The notes under the pieces are model-generated. The model was not told the origin of the DNA, did no database searches, and saw only the letters and a program-made list of their open reading frames with translations. The translations under genes were made by a program, and so were the position numbers. From Actinomycetota bacterium (GTDB lineage Bacteria; Actinomycetota; Coriobacteriia; Anaerosomatales; UBA912), in contig JAGXSC010000008.1 of assembly GCA_018334075.1 (NCBI GenBank), positions 3,342-67,341 on the forward strand: a DNA stretch of 64,000 bases. Reading direction: 5' to 3'. Of this stretch, positions 1-9,126 are shown one piece after another (the first letter of the stretch is position 1; each line of letters opens with the position of its first letter).

Positions 1-2
1 TG

Positions 3-368
3 GCTACCGCCGAGGAGCCTTTCGTGCTACACCCTGGTGAGTTCGTGCTTGGAACGACGATCGAGCGCATTGCGTTGCCCGATGATATCGTCGGCCGACT
101 TGAGGGCAAGAGTTCGCTGGGGCGTATAGGGCTGCTTATCCACTCGACAGCAGGCTACGTAGATCCAGGCTGGGAAGGCAGGCTTACCCTGGAGCTATCC
201 AATGTTGCGAACCTGCCGATAGTGCTCATGCCAGGAATGCCGATAGGGCAGATATCGTTTTCCAAGATGACTACTCCGGTAGACCGACCATATGGAACTC
301 CTGGCTTGGGCAGCAAATACCAGGGACAAAGCGATACTGTGCCGAGCAAGATGCACTTGAGCTTTTAG
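3..368 (+). CDS. dcd: dCTP deaminase, C-terminal part (5' end lies outside the window)
   Basis: Frame is open from the window edge. Translation [19 protein letters not shown]...[34 protein letters not shown]...[10 protein letters not shown] matches the dCTP deaminase core. Confidence 0.85.
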   Translation, partial: ATAEEPFVLHPGEFVLGTTIERIALPDDIVGRLEGKSSLGRIGLLIHSTAGYVDPGWEGRLTLELSNVANLPIVLMPGMPIGQISFSKMTTPVDRPYGTPGLGSKYQGQSDTVPSKMHLSF

Positions 369-451
369 CCAAGGCCGGAGGCAGGGCGGCGCCGCATCAT
401 AAGCGGTCCCATGATCCGGCACCCGCTTTCAGGGCGAGCCCAGGGTCAGGC

Positions 452-1546
452 CTATAGGCCCTCGGTAACTTTGCTGACTATTGGGGTTGGCACGAAGCCC
501 GCGATATATTTTCCGGCTCGGGATTCCATGAATGGGAGCCATCCTAGCTTCCGCCGTATGTTTTTGACTATGGGCTCGATCGTTTTGGAGTACTCTAGCA
601 ACCTGTCCGCAGGCTTGGACGTAGCTATTGCCCTGCCGGCCAATCTTCCGGAGTTCAGAGCGTATGAGATACCCTCACCGGAAGTGGGTGACATAAAACC
701 ACCGGCCTCACCTGCCAAAAGGACGTTGCCTGTGCCTGGCACAATGTCTCTCGATTGACGGATGTGCAGCGCCACGCTCGCCTCTCTAAGCGTGCTTTCG
801 CCAAGCTGTGGAAGTTTCGACCGCAGCATTTCAATGGCTCTGTCTTGCAGGAGGTAGGGTTGTTTAGTTTTGGGATAGTAGACTGACCCCACTATGGCCA
901 CTTCACCTTTGGGGACTAGATAGCTGTACGCGAATCCATCAGCCATCTCGCGCATGTATATGCAATCAAAGTAGGGCTCGATCGGGTCGCTCAGTACCAG
1001 GAAGTCCTGCAGGGTGACGTAGGTTGCAACGTTTTCGACGCCAAGTTTGCGCCTGACTGCCGAGCGAGCACCATCAGCACCGACAAGGGTTCGACAGCGT
1101 ATCTGGCTGATGTGTCCGTCACCACTTTTTATTTCAGCGGTAACGCCCGACGCATCTTGGGTGAAGTCGATTAGAGAGGTCGATCCCATAAGTTCGACGT
1201 TGTCCGGCAGCAACGTGGTCATCCAGTGATCCCATTGGGCCCTGTCAACATTTTGGAACCTCAGCTTCGTGGGCTTTTTGATTTTGCGATCCCAGTCCCA
1301 GTAGCGAAAATTCACGTACGCCGGCTCAAGCTCAAGTTCTTTAGGAACAGGTGAGATTTCGTTTAGGAATTTTTGCGAGTATTCATTTATCATCCCGCCG
1401 CAGCTTTTGTTTCTCGGCAGCGAAGATGAGTCGATCAGTAGTACTCGCCCGGCTTTGGACGCCTCCAGGGCTGCCACAATACCTGCTGGGCCAGCACCGG
1501 CTACAATGGTTTCAAACTCGGCAGAAAGCGAGAGCTTAGTGGTCAT
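452..1546 (-). CDS. FAD-dependent oxidoreductase (geranylgeranyl reductase / CbrA-like family)
   Basis: N-terminal dinucleotide-binding motif IVAGAGPAGIVAA and an LVGADGARSAVRRKLG motif. Start placed at ATG 1546, which is preceded by GGAGGTG, rather than at the ORF-track start 1567. Confidence 0.7.
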   Translation of the reverse strand: MTTKLSLSAEFETIVAGAGPAGIVAALEASKAGRVLLIDSSSLPRNKSCGGMINEYSQKFLNEISPVPKELELEPAYVNFRYWDWDRKIKKPTKLRFQNVDRAQWDHWMTTLLPDNVELMGSTSLIDFTQDASGVTAEIKSGDGHISQIRCRTLVGADGARSAVRRKLGVENVATYVTLQDFLVLSDPIEPYFDCIYMREMADGFAYSYLVPKGEVAIVGSVYYPKTKQPYLLQDRAIEMLRSKLPQLGESTLREASVALHIRQSRDIVPGTGNVLLAGEAGGFMSPTSGEGISYALNSGRLAGRAIATSKPADRLLEYSKTIEPIVKNIRRKLGWLPFMESRAGKYIAGFVPTPIVSKVTEGL

Positions 1547-1695
1547 CCAACACCTCCGGGCAGACATCAGGTCGCATCATGGGATGCGGTTTCTGTCTGC
1601 TAGTGAGATCAGATGCCGGACCGCAAAGCCCGTAGACAACCGAAACATAGTATCATTTCCGCTATCCGGTGAACCACAATGGAGGTTACGCGATT

Positions 1696-1941
1696 ATGGC
1701 AAAGTGCTGGGAACAAAGGGGTTGTGATGAGGAGATGCAAGCGAGCTGTCCTCACGCAAACGAACTAAACGATAACTGTCCTACCAAATGTGCTTTTGCG
1801 ACATGCGAGCGCAGTCAGCATGAGTTAACGACAGATCCGGCCTTGGTTTTCGATCCAGATGCCGACAGGAGTGCGGCAATAATGGATAACTGCACCTTTT
1901 GCGCCTTCTTCTTGAAGCATGGGCCGCGTGTCATTCGGTGA
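1696..1941 (+). CDS. Cys-rich small protein (8 Cys in 81 aa), function unknown
   Basis: ORF MAKCWEQRGCDEEMQASCPH...CPTKCAFATC...CTFCAFF. GGAGG lies 10 nt upstream of ATG 1696. Its stop overlaps the GTG start of the next gene (GTGA at 1938-1941). Confidence 0.55.
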   Translation: MAKCWEQRGCDEEMQASCPHANELNDNCPTKCAFATCERSQHELTTDPALVFDPDADRSAAIMDNCTFCAFFLKHGPRVIR

Positions 1942-2753
1942 TCGCTGCTGCTAGAGAGGAGACGCGCGCGGCGGTCTTCGATGAACTCATTCGGTTTGGT
2001 CTCGAGCTTGAATCTCAAAGTGCGGCGCAGGTCGGTGAAGGCTTTAGTGGCAGGCCGGAGGCGGATGCGTTTTTAGAGAGCGATCCGAATGCGTTTCTTC
2101 TCGGAGTGCTTTTTACCCAGGGCATACCTGCCGAACGTGCCTGGGCTGGGCCATGGGAGCTGAAGCGCCGACTCGGGCACCTTGACCTTTCTAAGCTGGC
2201 TAGCGATCTTGAGGCCGTCCAAGAGGCTGTGCAGCGCCCACCTATGCTACACAGGTTCAAAAACACGTTGCCCAGGTGGATATCGAGTGCCGCCAAGCGC
2301 CTTCTCGCCGAGTGGGATGGTGATGCCGCCCTGATATGGGCACCCGGGACTCACGTCGCCGATGTCACCGAGCGGCTTTCCGCATTTGAGGGTATCGGCA
2401 GAAAGAAGGCGGTGATGGCGGTTCAGATTTTGCTGCGTCACTTTCATGTCGCCCTTGCTGGTCGCGAGGCCGGCAGGGTGGCTTACGATGTGCAGACGCG
2501 CAGGGTCTTTTTGCGCTCCGGCCTCGTTGAGGTGGATTCTGTCGATTCTATCGAGGCTGCCGCAATCGAGGGCTATGCGCCTGCTCCAGGCATTCTCGAT
2601 CTGCCGGCTTGGCTGATTGGCCGTCAAACATGCAGGCCGGCATTGCCAAAGTGCGATGAGTGCAGGCTGGGGAAGGTGTGTCCCCGCCGAACCTGGCTTA
2701 ACCCTGAGGGAGTCGGTTTGCGGCGGGGGAAAGAGCCTACTCGGCTGATCTGA
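1938..2753 (+). CDS. HhH-GPD superfamily DNA glycosylase-like protein with a C-terminal [4Fe-4S] cluster loop (endonuclease III-like)
   Basis: Helix-hairpin-helix FEGIGRKKAVMAVQIL, downstream Asp in AYDVQTRRVF, and C-terminal Cys ladder CRPALPKCDECRLGKVC (C-x7-C-x2-C-x5-C). Start set at GTG 1938. Confidence 0.7.
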   Translation: MIAAAREETRAAVFDELIRFGLELESQSAAQVGEGFSGRPEADAFLESDPNAFLLGVLFTQGIPAERAWAGPWELKRRLGHLDLSKLASDLEAVQEAVQRPPMLHRFKNTLPRWISSAAKRLLAEWDGDAALIWAPGTHVADVTERLSAFEGIGRKKAVMAVQILLRHFHVALAGREAGRVAYDVQTRRVFLRSGLVEVDSVDSIEAAAIEGYAPAPGILDLPAWLIGRQTCRPALPKCDECRLGKVCPRRTWLNPEGVGLRRGKEPTRLI

Positions 2754-4038
2754 ACACCAGGCCAGATGGAAGCTTGGGATAGAAGTATGTGGATTTTTGA
2801 GGCATTACATCTCCCGCTAGGGAGACTGCCTTCATTTGGCTCATTTTCGTGGCCCGCATGATGAACACGGCATCATGACTCTCTGCCATTTCGAGCGTTT
2901 CTCTTTCATCTTTTGAGAAATTCAGCCGGTTTAGCGACTCTGGCTCGTCTGGGTGGATGTTGAACAGCTTTCGCAAGACGAGCTCTTGCAGCACGGTCAC
3001 ATCCAGCTCCTTCCAGGCTTGTGATCCACCGGTAATCACACTGGAGAGATCGACCGATTCGCGCAGAACAGCCAGTTTAGACGCATCGTCAGACGCCGTC
3101 TTTACGAGAAACGCCGGGCGATCGATTTCGGAAAGTCGCCACCAGGGTTCGCTGCCGAAATCATCCGTATCGCTCACCTCGAAGTACTCGGACAGCCCGG
3201 AGTAGAAGAGCTCGGCCGAGAAGCTATCGAGGGCGTCGGCGATGCGATGGGTGGGTAGCACTACGAGCTCAGAGTCGTCCATGTCGACTAGCGCCATCAG
3301 CACATAGTCGTAGGCCGGATCCTGAGAGGTCACGTCGCTGGCAGCCGCGGCTTTGCGCATGGCGTTTCGGTGCGCGAGTGCGACCGTATACCGGTGGTGT
3401 CCGTCAGCGATGAAGATGTTCTTATCGGCAAGGATGGAGGCGAGCGCTTGAACTGTCTCGGGATCGGTCAAGGACCAGACCCTGCTCAAGACCCCGTCTG
3501 CGTCAGTCGCGGTCATAATGGGCTCAGCTGTCATGGCGGAGTCGAATATAGCTCCGGTGAGGCGCAAAGGGTCGGGGTACAAGCCAAAAACTGCCGAGAA
3601 ATTCGCAGATGTGGCCTCCAGGAGCGCGTATCGGTCACCTAACGCTTTGGGTAATGTGCGCTCGTGAGGCAACACGACTCCTTCTTCGAAATCGTGCAGC
3701 TTTACCTCGGCGATAAACGCCTTGCGCCTGATCTGTTTTTCACCGACCGACCATGATTGCTCAAGCACGTAGATAGCCGGAGTGCCGTCTTGCTCTAGCG
3801 TTCCGTCGCCCATCCACTGTTTCCACCTATTAGCTCCGGTCTCGTAGCGATTTCCCGGAGTTGCCGGATCCAGCTCTCCTTCGGGAAGCTCAAGGGCAAC
3901 GGCGTTTACCGGGGATTGCGCCAGCAAGGACTCTCTTTGAGATGGCGAAATGACATCATAGGGCGGCGCCGTCAAGGACGAAATGTCCTTGCTGTGGTGC
4001 GAGTATCTCCATGCGCGAAACGGGCGCACAGTAGCCAT
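2737..4038 (-). CDS. DUF1015 family protein
   Basis: N-terminus MATVRPFRAWRY...LTAPPYDVIS, then IADGHHRY, which is characteristic of DUF1015. Full-length 433-aa ORF. Confidence 0.8.
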   Translation of the reverse strand: MATVRPFRAWRYSHHSKDISSLTAPPYDVISPSQRESLLAQSPVNAVALELPEGELDPATPGNRYETGANRWKQWMGDGTLEQDGTPAIYVLEQSWSVGEKQIRRKAFIAEVKLHDFEEGVVLPHERTLPKALGDRYALLEATSANFSAVFGLYPDPLRLTGAIFDSAMTAEPIMTATDADGVLSRVWSLTDPETVQALASILADKNIFIADGHHRYTVALAHRNAMRKAAAASDVTSQDPAYDYVLMALVDMDDSELVVLPTHRIADALDSFSAELFYSGLSEYFEVSDTDDFGSEPWWRLSEIDRPAFLVKTASDDASKLAVLRESVDLSSVITGGSQAWKELDVTVLQELVLRKLFNIHPDEPESLNRLNFSKDERETLEMAESHDAVFIMRATKMSQMKAVSLAGDVMPQKSTYFYPKLPSGLVFRSAE

Positions 4039-4068
4039 GTTCCCATCCTTTCATTCCAGTACGGCAGC

Positions 4069-4395
4069 TTAGCTGAGTAAAGACCTAAGTACTACGAAAG
4101 CGACTATACCCGCAATAGTTGCTCCAAGGAAACTGCTTGTGAATCGATAGGTTATACCGGTTATCAGAGCGGCCCAAAGATACGGGCTTGTCAGGGGGTC
4201 AACAAAGCGTCCTTGCGGCCTGAAGACTTCCAGCGCCACAAGAGAGCCCATCACAGCGGCAGGCACGAAAGAAAGCCAGCGTAAAATGGGCTTAGGCAGG
4301 GTCATGCGGGAGATCAAGGCGATTGGCGGGAAGCGAACAAGGTAGTTCAACACGGCCATGCCGATTATGACAGCCCAGATGTAGGAGTCCTCCAT
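4069..4395 (-). CDS. azlD: Branched-chain amino acid transporter subunit AzlD
   Basis: 108-aa hydrophobic protein MEDSYIWAVIIGMAVLNYLVRFPP.... Its start overlaps the AzlC stop. The longer 207-aa ORF-track version has a non-protein-like N-terminus. Confidence 0.75.
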   Translation of the reverse strand: MEDSYIWAVIIGMAVLNYLVRFPPIALISRMTLPKPILRWLSFVPAAVMGSLVALEVFRPQGRFVDPLTSPYLWAALITGITYRFTSSFLGATIAGIVAFVVLRSLLS

Positions 4396-5138
4396 CACTG
4401 CCACCTCTCGTCTGGGTAGAGTAGAGCCCCTATTGTTGCTGCCGCCATTGAGGACACTATGATGTAGAGTGCGCTTGGCACCTCGATGCCCACAAATGAA
4501 AGCGCCGGCATTCCAATAGCTAGCGCGCCTGCCACACACCCGATTATCAGGTGCCGATAGTTTTGGGCTAAAGCAACAAAGAGTGCCGAAAACATGGCGG
4601 GCATCGCAAATTCCACACCCCAGCGTGAGGGATCGCCGATAAGACCACCCATGCTGGCTCCTAGGGCGGTTCCAACTACCCAGCCGCACCATGCGATGAC
4701 CCCGACGCCGGCCATGGACGACGCGGTGGATAGTCCGCCTTGGCGGTCATTGATGTTGACGGCGAACGTCTCGTCGGTCAGAGTAAAGGCCAAGGCCGCC
4801 TGCTTTGGCAAGGTGAGCCGACGAAGATGCGGTGAGAGCGTCGCTGCAAAGAGAACGTATCGCAGGTTTACTACGGTAGTCGCCGCGAGCACCGCCAAAA
4901 GGCTTTCTCCCGCTCGCATCTGCGCTAAGGCGATAAACTGTCCTGCTCCGGCGAGTGCTGTAGCCGAACAGATCACAGCCTGAAGTGTCGAGAATCCGAT
5001 ACTTGTGGCTACGATTCCGAAAGCTGCTCCAACCGGTACGTATCCCAGAAAGATCGGCATCCCCAGTTTGGCGCCGCGAAGGAAGTGGTCGAGGCGCCAC
5101 TGCCAGCGGGAAGTGTTTGTCCGGGATCGATCAAGCAT
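4395..5138 (-). CDS. azlC: Branched-chain amino acid transporter permease AzlC
   Basis: Multi-TM protein with GMPIFLGYVPVGAAFG...ALAGAGQFIA, typical of AzlC, followed directly by azlD. Confidence 0.8.
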   Translation of the reverse strand: MLDRSRTNTSRWQWRLDHFLRGAKLGMPIFLGYVPVGAAFGIVATSIGFSTLQAVICSATALAGAGQFIALAQMRAGESLLAVLAATTVVNLRYVLFAATLSPHLRRLTLPKQAALAFTLTDETFAVNINDRQGGLSTASSMAGVGVIAWCGWVVGTALGASMGGLIGDPSRWGVEFAMPAMFSALFVALAQNYRHLIIGCVAGALAIGMPALSFVGIEVPSALYIIVSSMAAATIGALLYPDERWQ

Positions 5139-5281
5139 TCGCGAATGATATCACGCCGCCAGCCGGAAAAGGGATAACATGAGTTGCGGCAATCTTTGCA
5201 GGGTTCTTGCTATAGGGTGAGAATCACTCGGCAAAGAGGTACAATATAAGTAGGCGCTTATCGCGCTAGGAGGCGAGAGCG

Positions 5282-5680
5282 ATGGAGTTTGTTATAAGTT
5301 GCCCGGTCGATGGCCACGTAGAGGTGTCGCTCGAGGACATAGACACCGTTGTTCTCAGGGAGCCTGAGCAGGCCGAGGTTATCTTTTCCTGCCCCGAGTG
5401 CGGCACTAGAATCTCTGTGGCAGTTCGCATACCCAACTTTCTCATGACAGCCATTGAGACAATGGCCAGAGACAACGACTCTTTCGTCGCTCCGCTTGCC
5501 AGCCTGGTTGCGCTTGCAGCCGAAGCCGATGCTCGGCAGCGTGCCAGCAATGGCGTTCGCATATCAAGCACCTCCGAGATCGACCAGGAGGACGACAAGC
5601 GCATCGATGCTTACTGTGAGTACTTCCGTCGGCAGCTTTCAGAGATCGACTGTGTCGGCGATATGCTCAGGGAGTTTTAG
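5282..5680 (+). CDS. Hypothetical protein with a putative Zn-ribbon (CP..H...CPEC)
   Basis: Strong AGGAGG Shine-Dalgarno before ATG 5282. 132-aa ORF. No family recognised. Confidence 0.55.
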   Translation: MEFVISCPVDGHVEVSLEDIDTVVLREPEQAEVIFSCPECGTRISVAVRIPNFLMTAIETMARDNDSFVAPLASLVALAAEADARQRASNGVRISSTSEIDQEDDKRIDAYCEYFRRQLSEIDCVGDMLREF

Positions 5681-6336
5681 CTAATCCTCCCGCCAACCCG
5701 CCGAGGTAATACCGCTACTGCCCCCAAGGCGAATCCGCCCAGATGCGCCCACCACGCTACATCGGCAGGCACGCCCAAAGAGCCAAGCCCCTGCGCCAGT
5801 TGGAGCAAAAACCACATCCCGATCACGAAGATCGCCGGAAGGGTTGCCAGCTCGATGATGAAGAAGATGGGTATGGCCGTTATGACCTTTGCCTTGGGGT
5901 GAAGAACAAGAAACGCGCCGAGCAGTCCCGAGATGGCCCCGCTGGCGCCCAGAACGGGCACGCCTGAATCCGGATAGATAAATCCATGCACTAGCGCCCC
6001 GGCAGCTCCGCAAATCAGATACAGGAGCAGAAAACGTAGTTTGCCAAGTTGATTTTCGATGGTGCCTCCAAATACCCACAGATAGAGCATGTTGCCACCT
6101 AAGTGAAGCCACCCTCCGTGGAGAAACATCGCGGAGAAAAGCGAGATCAGGCTCTGCGGATCCCAGCGCATATCGAAAAGGAGATCAGGCGTGAAGGCGT
6201 ACGTTGCGACAAGCGCAAGTAGCTGCTCGGTATTGAGCGTAAGCTGATAGACGAACGCCCCAACGTTGAGCGTGACCAGAAGAATGGTAAGGTATGGCAC
6301 TCTTCGTGCTCGGGTATCAACATAAATGGGTATCAT
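5677..6336 (-). CDS. Rhomboid family intramembrane serine protease
   Basis: Motifs HGGWLHLGGNMLYLWVFG, GASGAISGLLGA (catalytic Ser) and AHLGGF (catalytic His) in a 6-TM protein. Confidence 0.85.
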   Translation of the reverse strand: MIPIYVDTRARRVPYLTILLVTLNVGAFVYQLTLNTEQLLALVATYAFTPDLLFDMRWDPQSLISLFSAMFLHGGWLHLGGNMLYLWVFGGTIENQLGKLRFLLLYLICGAAGALVHGFIYPDSGVPVLGASGAISGLLGAFLVLHPKAKVITAIPIFFIIELATLPAIFVIGMWFLLQLAQGLGSLGVPADVAWWAHLGGFALGAVAVLPRRVGGRIS

Positions 6337-6442
6337 ATAGCTCAGTTTCTGCTACTGTCTTCGGGGCAGGGCAATGCTTTAGCTTAGTGTCTGTTTTTTC
6401 TGGCGTAAATGCGCCGGTTATTAGGGAAGAGGTGATTTAGCT

Positions 6443-7009
6443 GTGGCAGCTTCGATAACGGGAATACTCCTGGGGCTTGTCGGGCTACTGCTGTTTTTAG
6501 CCGTAGGCGTTATATTTTTATACAACCGAATGCTTGTGCTTCGCAACCGCGTTGACAATGCCTGGGCGCAGATAGGTGTTCAGCTCAAGCGCCGCTATGA
6601 TTTGATCCCGAACCTGGTTCAGACGGTCAAAGGATATGCGGCTCATGAGCAAAGTACCTTTGAGCAGGTGGTAAAGGCGCGCCAGATCGCGATGGGTGCC
6701 TCGGCCATCAAGGAGCAGGGTGAAGCCGAGAATATGTTGAGCTCCACACTGAAGTCATTGTTTGCGGTCGCCGAGGCTTATCCTGAGCTAAAAGCGAACG
6801 AGAATTTTATGATGCTCCAGGAAGAGCTGGCCGGAACTGAATCCAAGATTGCCTACGCGCGGCAGTTCTACAACGACTCGGTTCTGAGTTACAACAACGG
6901 TATCCAAATGTTTCCGGCAAACTTGCTGGCCGGTATATTTTCCTTTACGCCTCGCGAGTCGTTTGAGGTAGAGGAGTCTGTGAAAGAAGCTCCACAGGTT
7001 AGCTTCTAG
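6443..7009 (+). CDS. lemA: LemA family protein
   Basis: N-terminal TM helix followed by YNRMLVLRNRVDNAWAQIGVQLKRRYDLIPNLV and YPELKANENF, typical of LemA. GTG start after GGAAGAGGTGA. Confidence 0.85.
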   Translation: MAASITGILLGLVGLLLFLAVGVIFLYNRMLVLRNRVDNAWAQIGVQLKRRYDLIPNLVQTVKGYAAHEQSTFEQVVKARQIAMGASAIKEQGEAENMLSSTLKSLFAVAEAYPELKANENFMMLQEELAGTESKIAYARQFYNDSVLSYNNGIQMFPANLLAGIFSFTPRESFEVEESVKEAPQVSF

Positions 7010-7082
7010 ATGTTAGGCGAGGGCTTCCTTCCGAGCAAAGCGATGTGTATTTCTGGAATTATTTGGCCAGGAGAGCCCAAGA

Positions 7083-7976
7083 ATGCATGACCAGATTTCA
7101 TCAAACAAGTTCAAGAGCTTTGCCCTGGTGGTGCTATTTATCGCGCTTGTCTTTGGTGCCGCCTGGGCATTTAGCTATTCATTGAACCTAGGCCCGGAGG
7201 GGCTGATTTTGGCTTTGGGCTTCGCTTTTGTCTCTACATGGGGCTCCTACTGGTATTCGGATCGAATAGTTCTTGCGATAAGCCGCGCGCGGCCGGTGGA
7301 CAAGACGAAGGAGCCGTACCTCGTCAATCTGGTTGAGGGACTTTCGATCGCCGCCGGCATGCCGCAGCCAAGAGCATACGTTATCGATGACCCTTCACCG
7401 AATGCGTTTGCGACCGGTCGCAACCCTCAAAATGCGGCAATTGCAGTCACCACGGGCTTGATTGAAAAGCTAGATCGCCTCGAGCTTGAGGGCGTCGTCG
7501 CCCATGAGCTGGCGCACATCAAGAATTACGACACTCTTGTCCAGACACTTGCCGCCGTGATGGCGGGTACGATAGTCCTGATGTCTGACTGGATGGTCAG
7601 GACCTGGCTTTGGTCTGGCCGAGGAAGGGGAGGTCAGGGAGGGGGCGGACCGCAGGCGATATTGGCGATCATTGCGCTGTTGCTGTTGGTGCTGTCACCG
7701 ATTTTTGCTGCGATTATCCAGATGGCCATCTCTAGGCAAAGAGAGTACCTAGCCGATGCCAAAGGCGCACTACTGACGCGATATCCCGATGGACTCGCCT
7801 CTGCGTTGCGTAAGATATCGGCCGACCCGAATCGCCTGGCAGTGGCAAACAAGGCAACGGAGTCACTCTACATATACAACCCGCTGAAAAACTACAGGAA
7901 GGGGGGTGGCTTGAACGCCCTGTTCAACACTCACCCTCCTGTGGAAGAGCGAATTCGCAGACTTGAGGCGATGTAA
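7083..7976 (+). CDS. htpX: M48 family zinc metalloprotease HtpX-like
   Basis: HELAH zinc motif (VVAHELAHIKNYD), a Gly-rich loop, TM helices and the C-terminal HPPVEERIRRL signature. Confidence 0.85.
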   Translation: MHDQISSNKFKSFALVVLFIALVFGAAWAFSYSLNLGPEGLILALGFAFVSTWGSYWYSDRIVLAISRARPVDKTKEPYLVNLVEGLSIAAGMPQPRAYVIDDPSPNAFATGRNPQNAAIAVTTGLIEKLDRLELEGVVAHELAHIKNYDTLVQTLAAVMAGTIVLMSDWMVRTWLWSGRGRGGQGGGGPQAILAIIALLLLVLSPIFAAIIQMAISRQREYLADAKGALLTRYPDGLASALRKISADPNRLAVANKATESLYIYNPLKNYRKGGGLNALFNTHPPVEERIRRLEAM

Positions 7977-8768
7977 TTGGCCGAACTCATCTTTCCCGAT
8001 ATCAACCCGATACTCTTTGGCATTGGGCCCTTCGAGGTGCGCTGGTACGGCATCTCTTATGTCGCCGGATTCTTAGCCGCAGGCCTCATCCTGTCTCGGC
8101 TGAATCGGCGATGGAAGGTGGGGCTCTCAGGCGACGATGTTCTGACGATTGTTCTGTACTGTGTCGTCGGCGTGCTTTTGGGCAGCCGGATTGGATGGGT
8201 GCTGATCTACGGAGGAGGCGAGTATCTTGCTGATCCCTTACGCATCCTGGCCGCGTGGGAGGGCGGAATGTCGTGGCACGGCGGCTTCGTCGGCATTCTT
8301 CTCGCCGGGGTACTGCTTTCACGGCGTCTCGGCGTGCCCTTTACGACTCTGGCGGATATGGCCGCGATTGGCGCGCCGATAGGGCTGTTCTTCGGCCGGG
8401 TCGCCAACTTCATAAACGGGGAGCTTTGGGGACGCGTCAGCGATGTTCCATGGGCGATGGTTTTTCCGGCCGCCGGCCCACTTCCGAGACATCCATCTCA
8501 GCTTTACGAGGCACTGCTACAGGGTGTGGTGATGTTCACGGTGCTATACTTGCTCTCCCGCCGCCGCAGGCCTCCGGGCTTTTATCTTGGGGCCTTCATG
8601 TTGATGTACGGCGCATTCCGGGCTTTTGCCGAAGTATTTCGCGAGCCGGACGCGCACCTGGGATTCGTGCTTGGTCCTTTGACCATGGGGCAAGTGCTGA
8701 GCATCCCTTTGGTCGTCGCGGGGATATATGTTCTGTGGCGCTCTTTACGCCGAGAAAAACCGGCTTAG
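7977..8768 (+). CDS. lgt: Prolipoprotein diacylglyceryl transferase
   Basis: GPFEVRWYGISYVAGF, WEGGMSWHGG, GRVANFINGELWGR and HPSQLYEALL are Lgt signatures. Confidence 0.9.
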   Translation: MAELIFPDINPILFGIGPFEVRWYGISYVAGFLAAGLILSRLNRRWKVGLSGDDVLTIVLYCVVGVLLGSRIGWVLIYGGGEYLADPLRILAAWEGGMSWHGGFVGILLAGVLLSRRLGVPFTTLADMAAIGAPIGLFFGRVANFINGELWGRVSDVPWAMVFPAAGPLPRHPSQLYEALLQGVVMFTVLYLLSRRRRPPGFYLGAFMLMYGAFRAFAEVFREPDAHLGFVLGPLTMGQVLSIPLVVAGIYVLWRSLRREKPA

Positions 8769-8779
8769 ATGAGTGCTGC

Positions 8780-8983
8780 CTACTCGCAGATAGTATCGGC
8801 AGGTTTCCAGCACGGTGATTCCCGGTTCAGGCAGTGGACCGTTTCACTCGCGCTAAGTGCCTGCGGAGGCGTACACTGGGTGCAATAGCACTTCGGAAAA
8901 GCCCCTACAAGATCCTTGAGATTGGGATCGCTGTAAGGGTCGGGATCGGGCTGCTCTAAGATGTGTAATAGATAACAAGGCAT
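8780..8983 (-). CDS. Possible Cys-rich small protein (67 aa), unknown function
   Basis: Only an ORF in an otherwise empty 360-bp gap. 7 Cys (CYCTQC...HC...PCW...C). Weak SD-like AAGGTAG. No family recognised. Confidence 0.3.
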   Translation of the reverse strand: MPCYLLHILEQPDPDPYSDPNLKDLVGAFPKCYCTQCTPPQALSASETVHCLNRESPCWKPADTICE

Positions 8984-9126
8984 AAACAGTTTCTACCTTT
9001 ACGCAGGTTCGTCGGCTAAAAGACTAGCGTGACCGGAGTGATTCGACAAGCGATTGTGTTGTATCTGTGAGATTTGACCTGAAGTTTTGTGCGGTCGTAT
9101 GCTTAGGTCAGGCACTTGGAGGAAGT

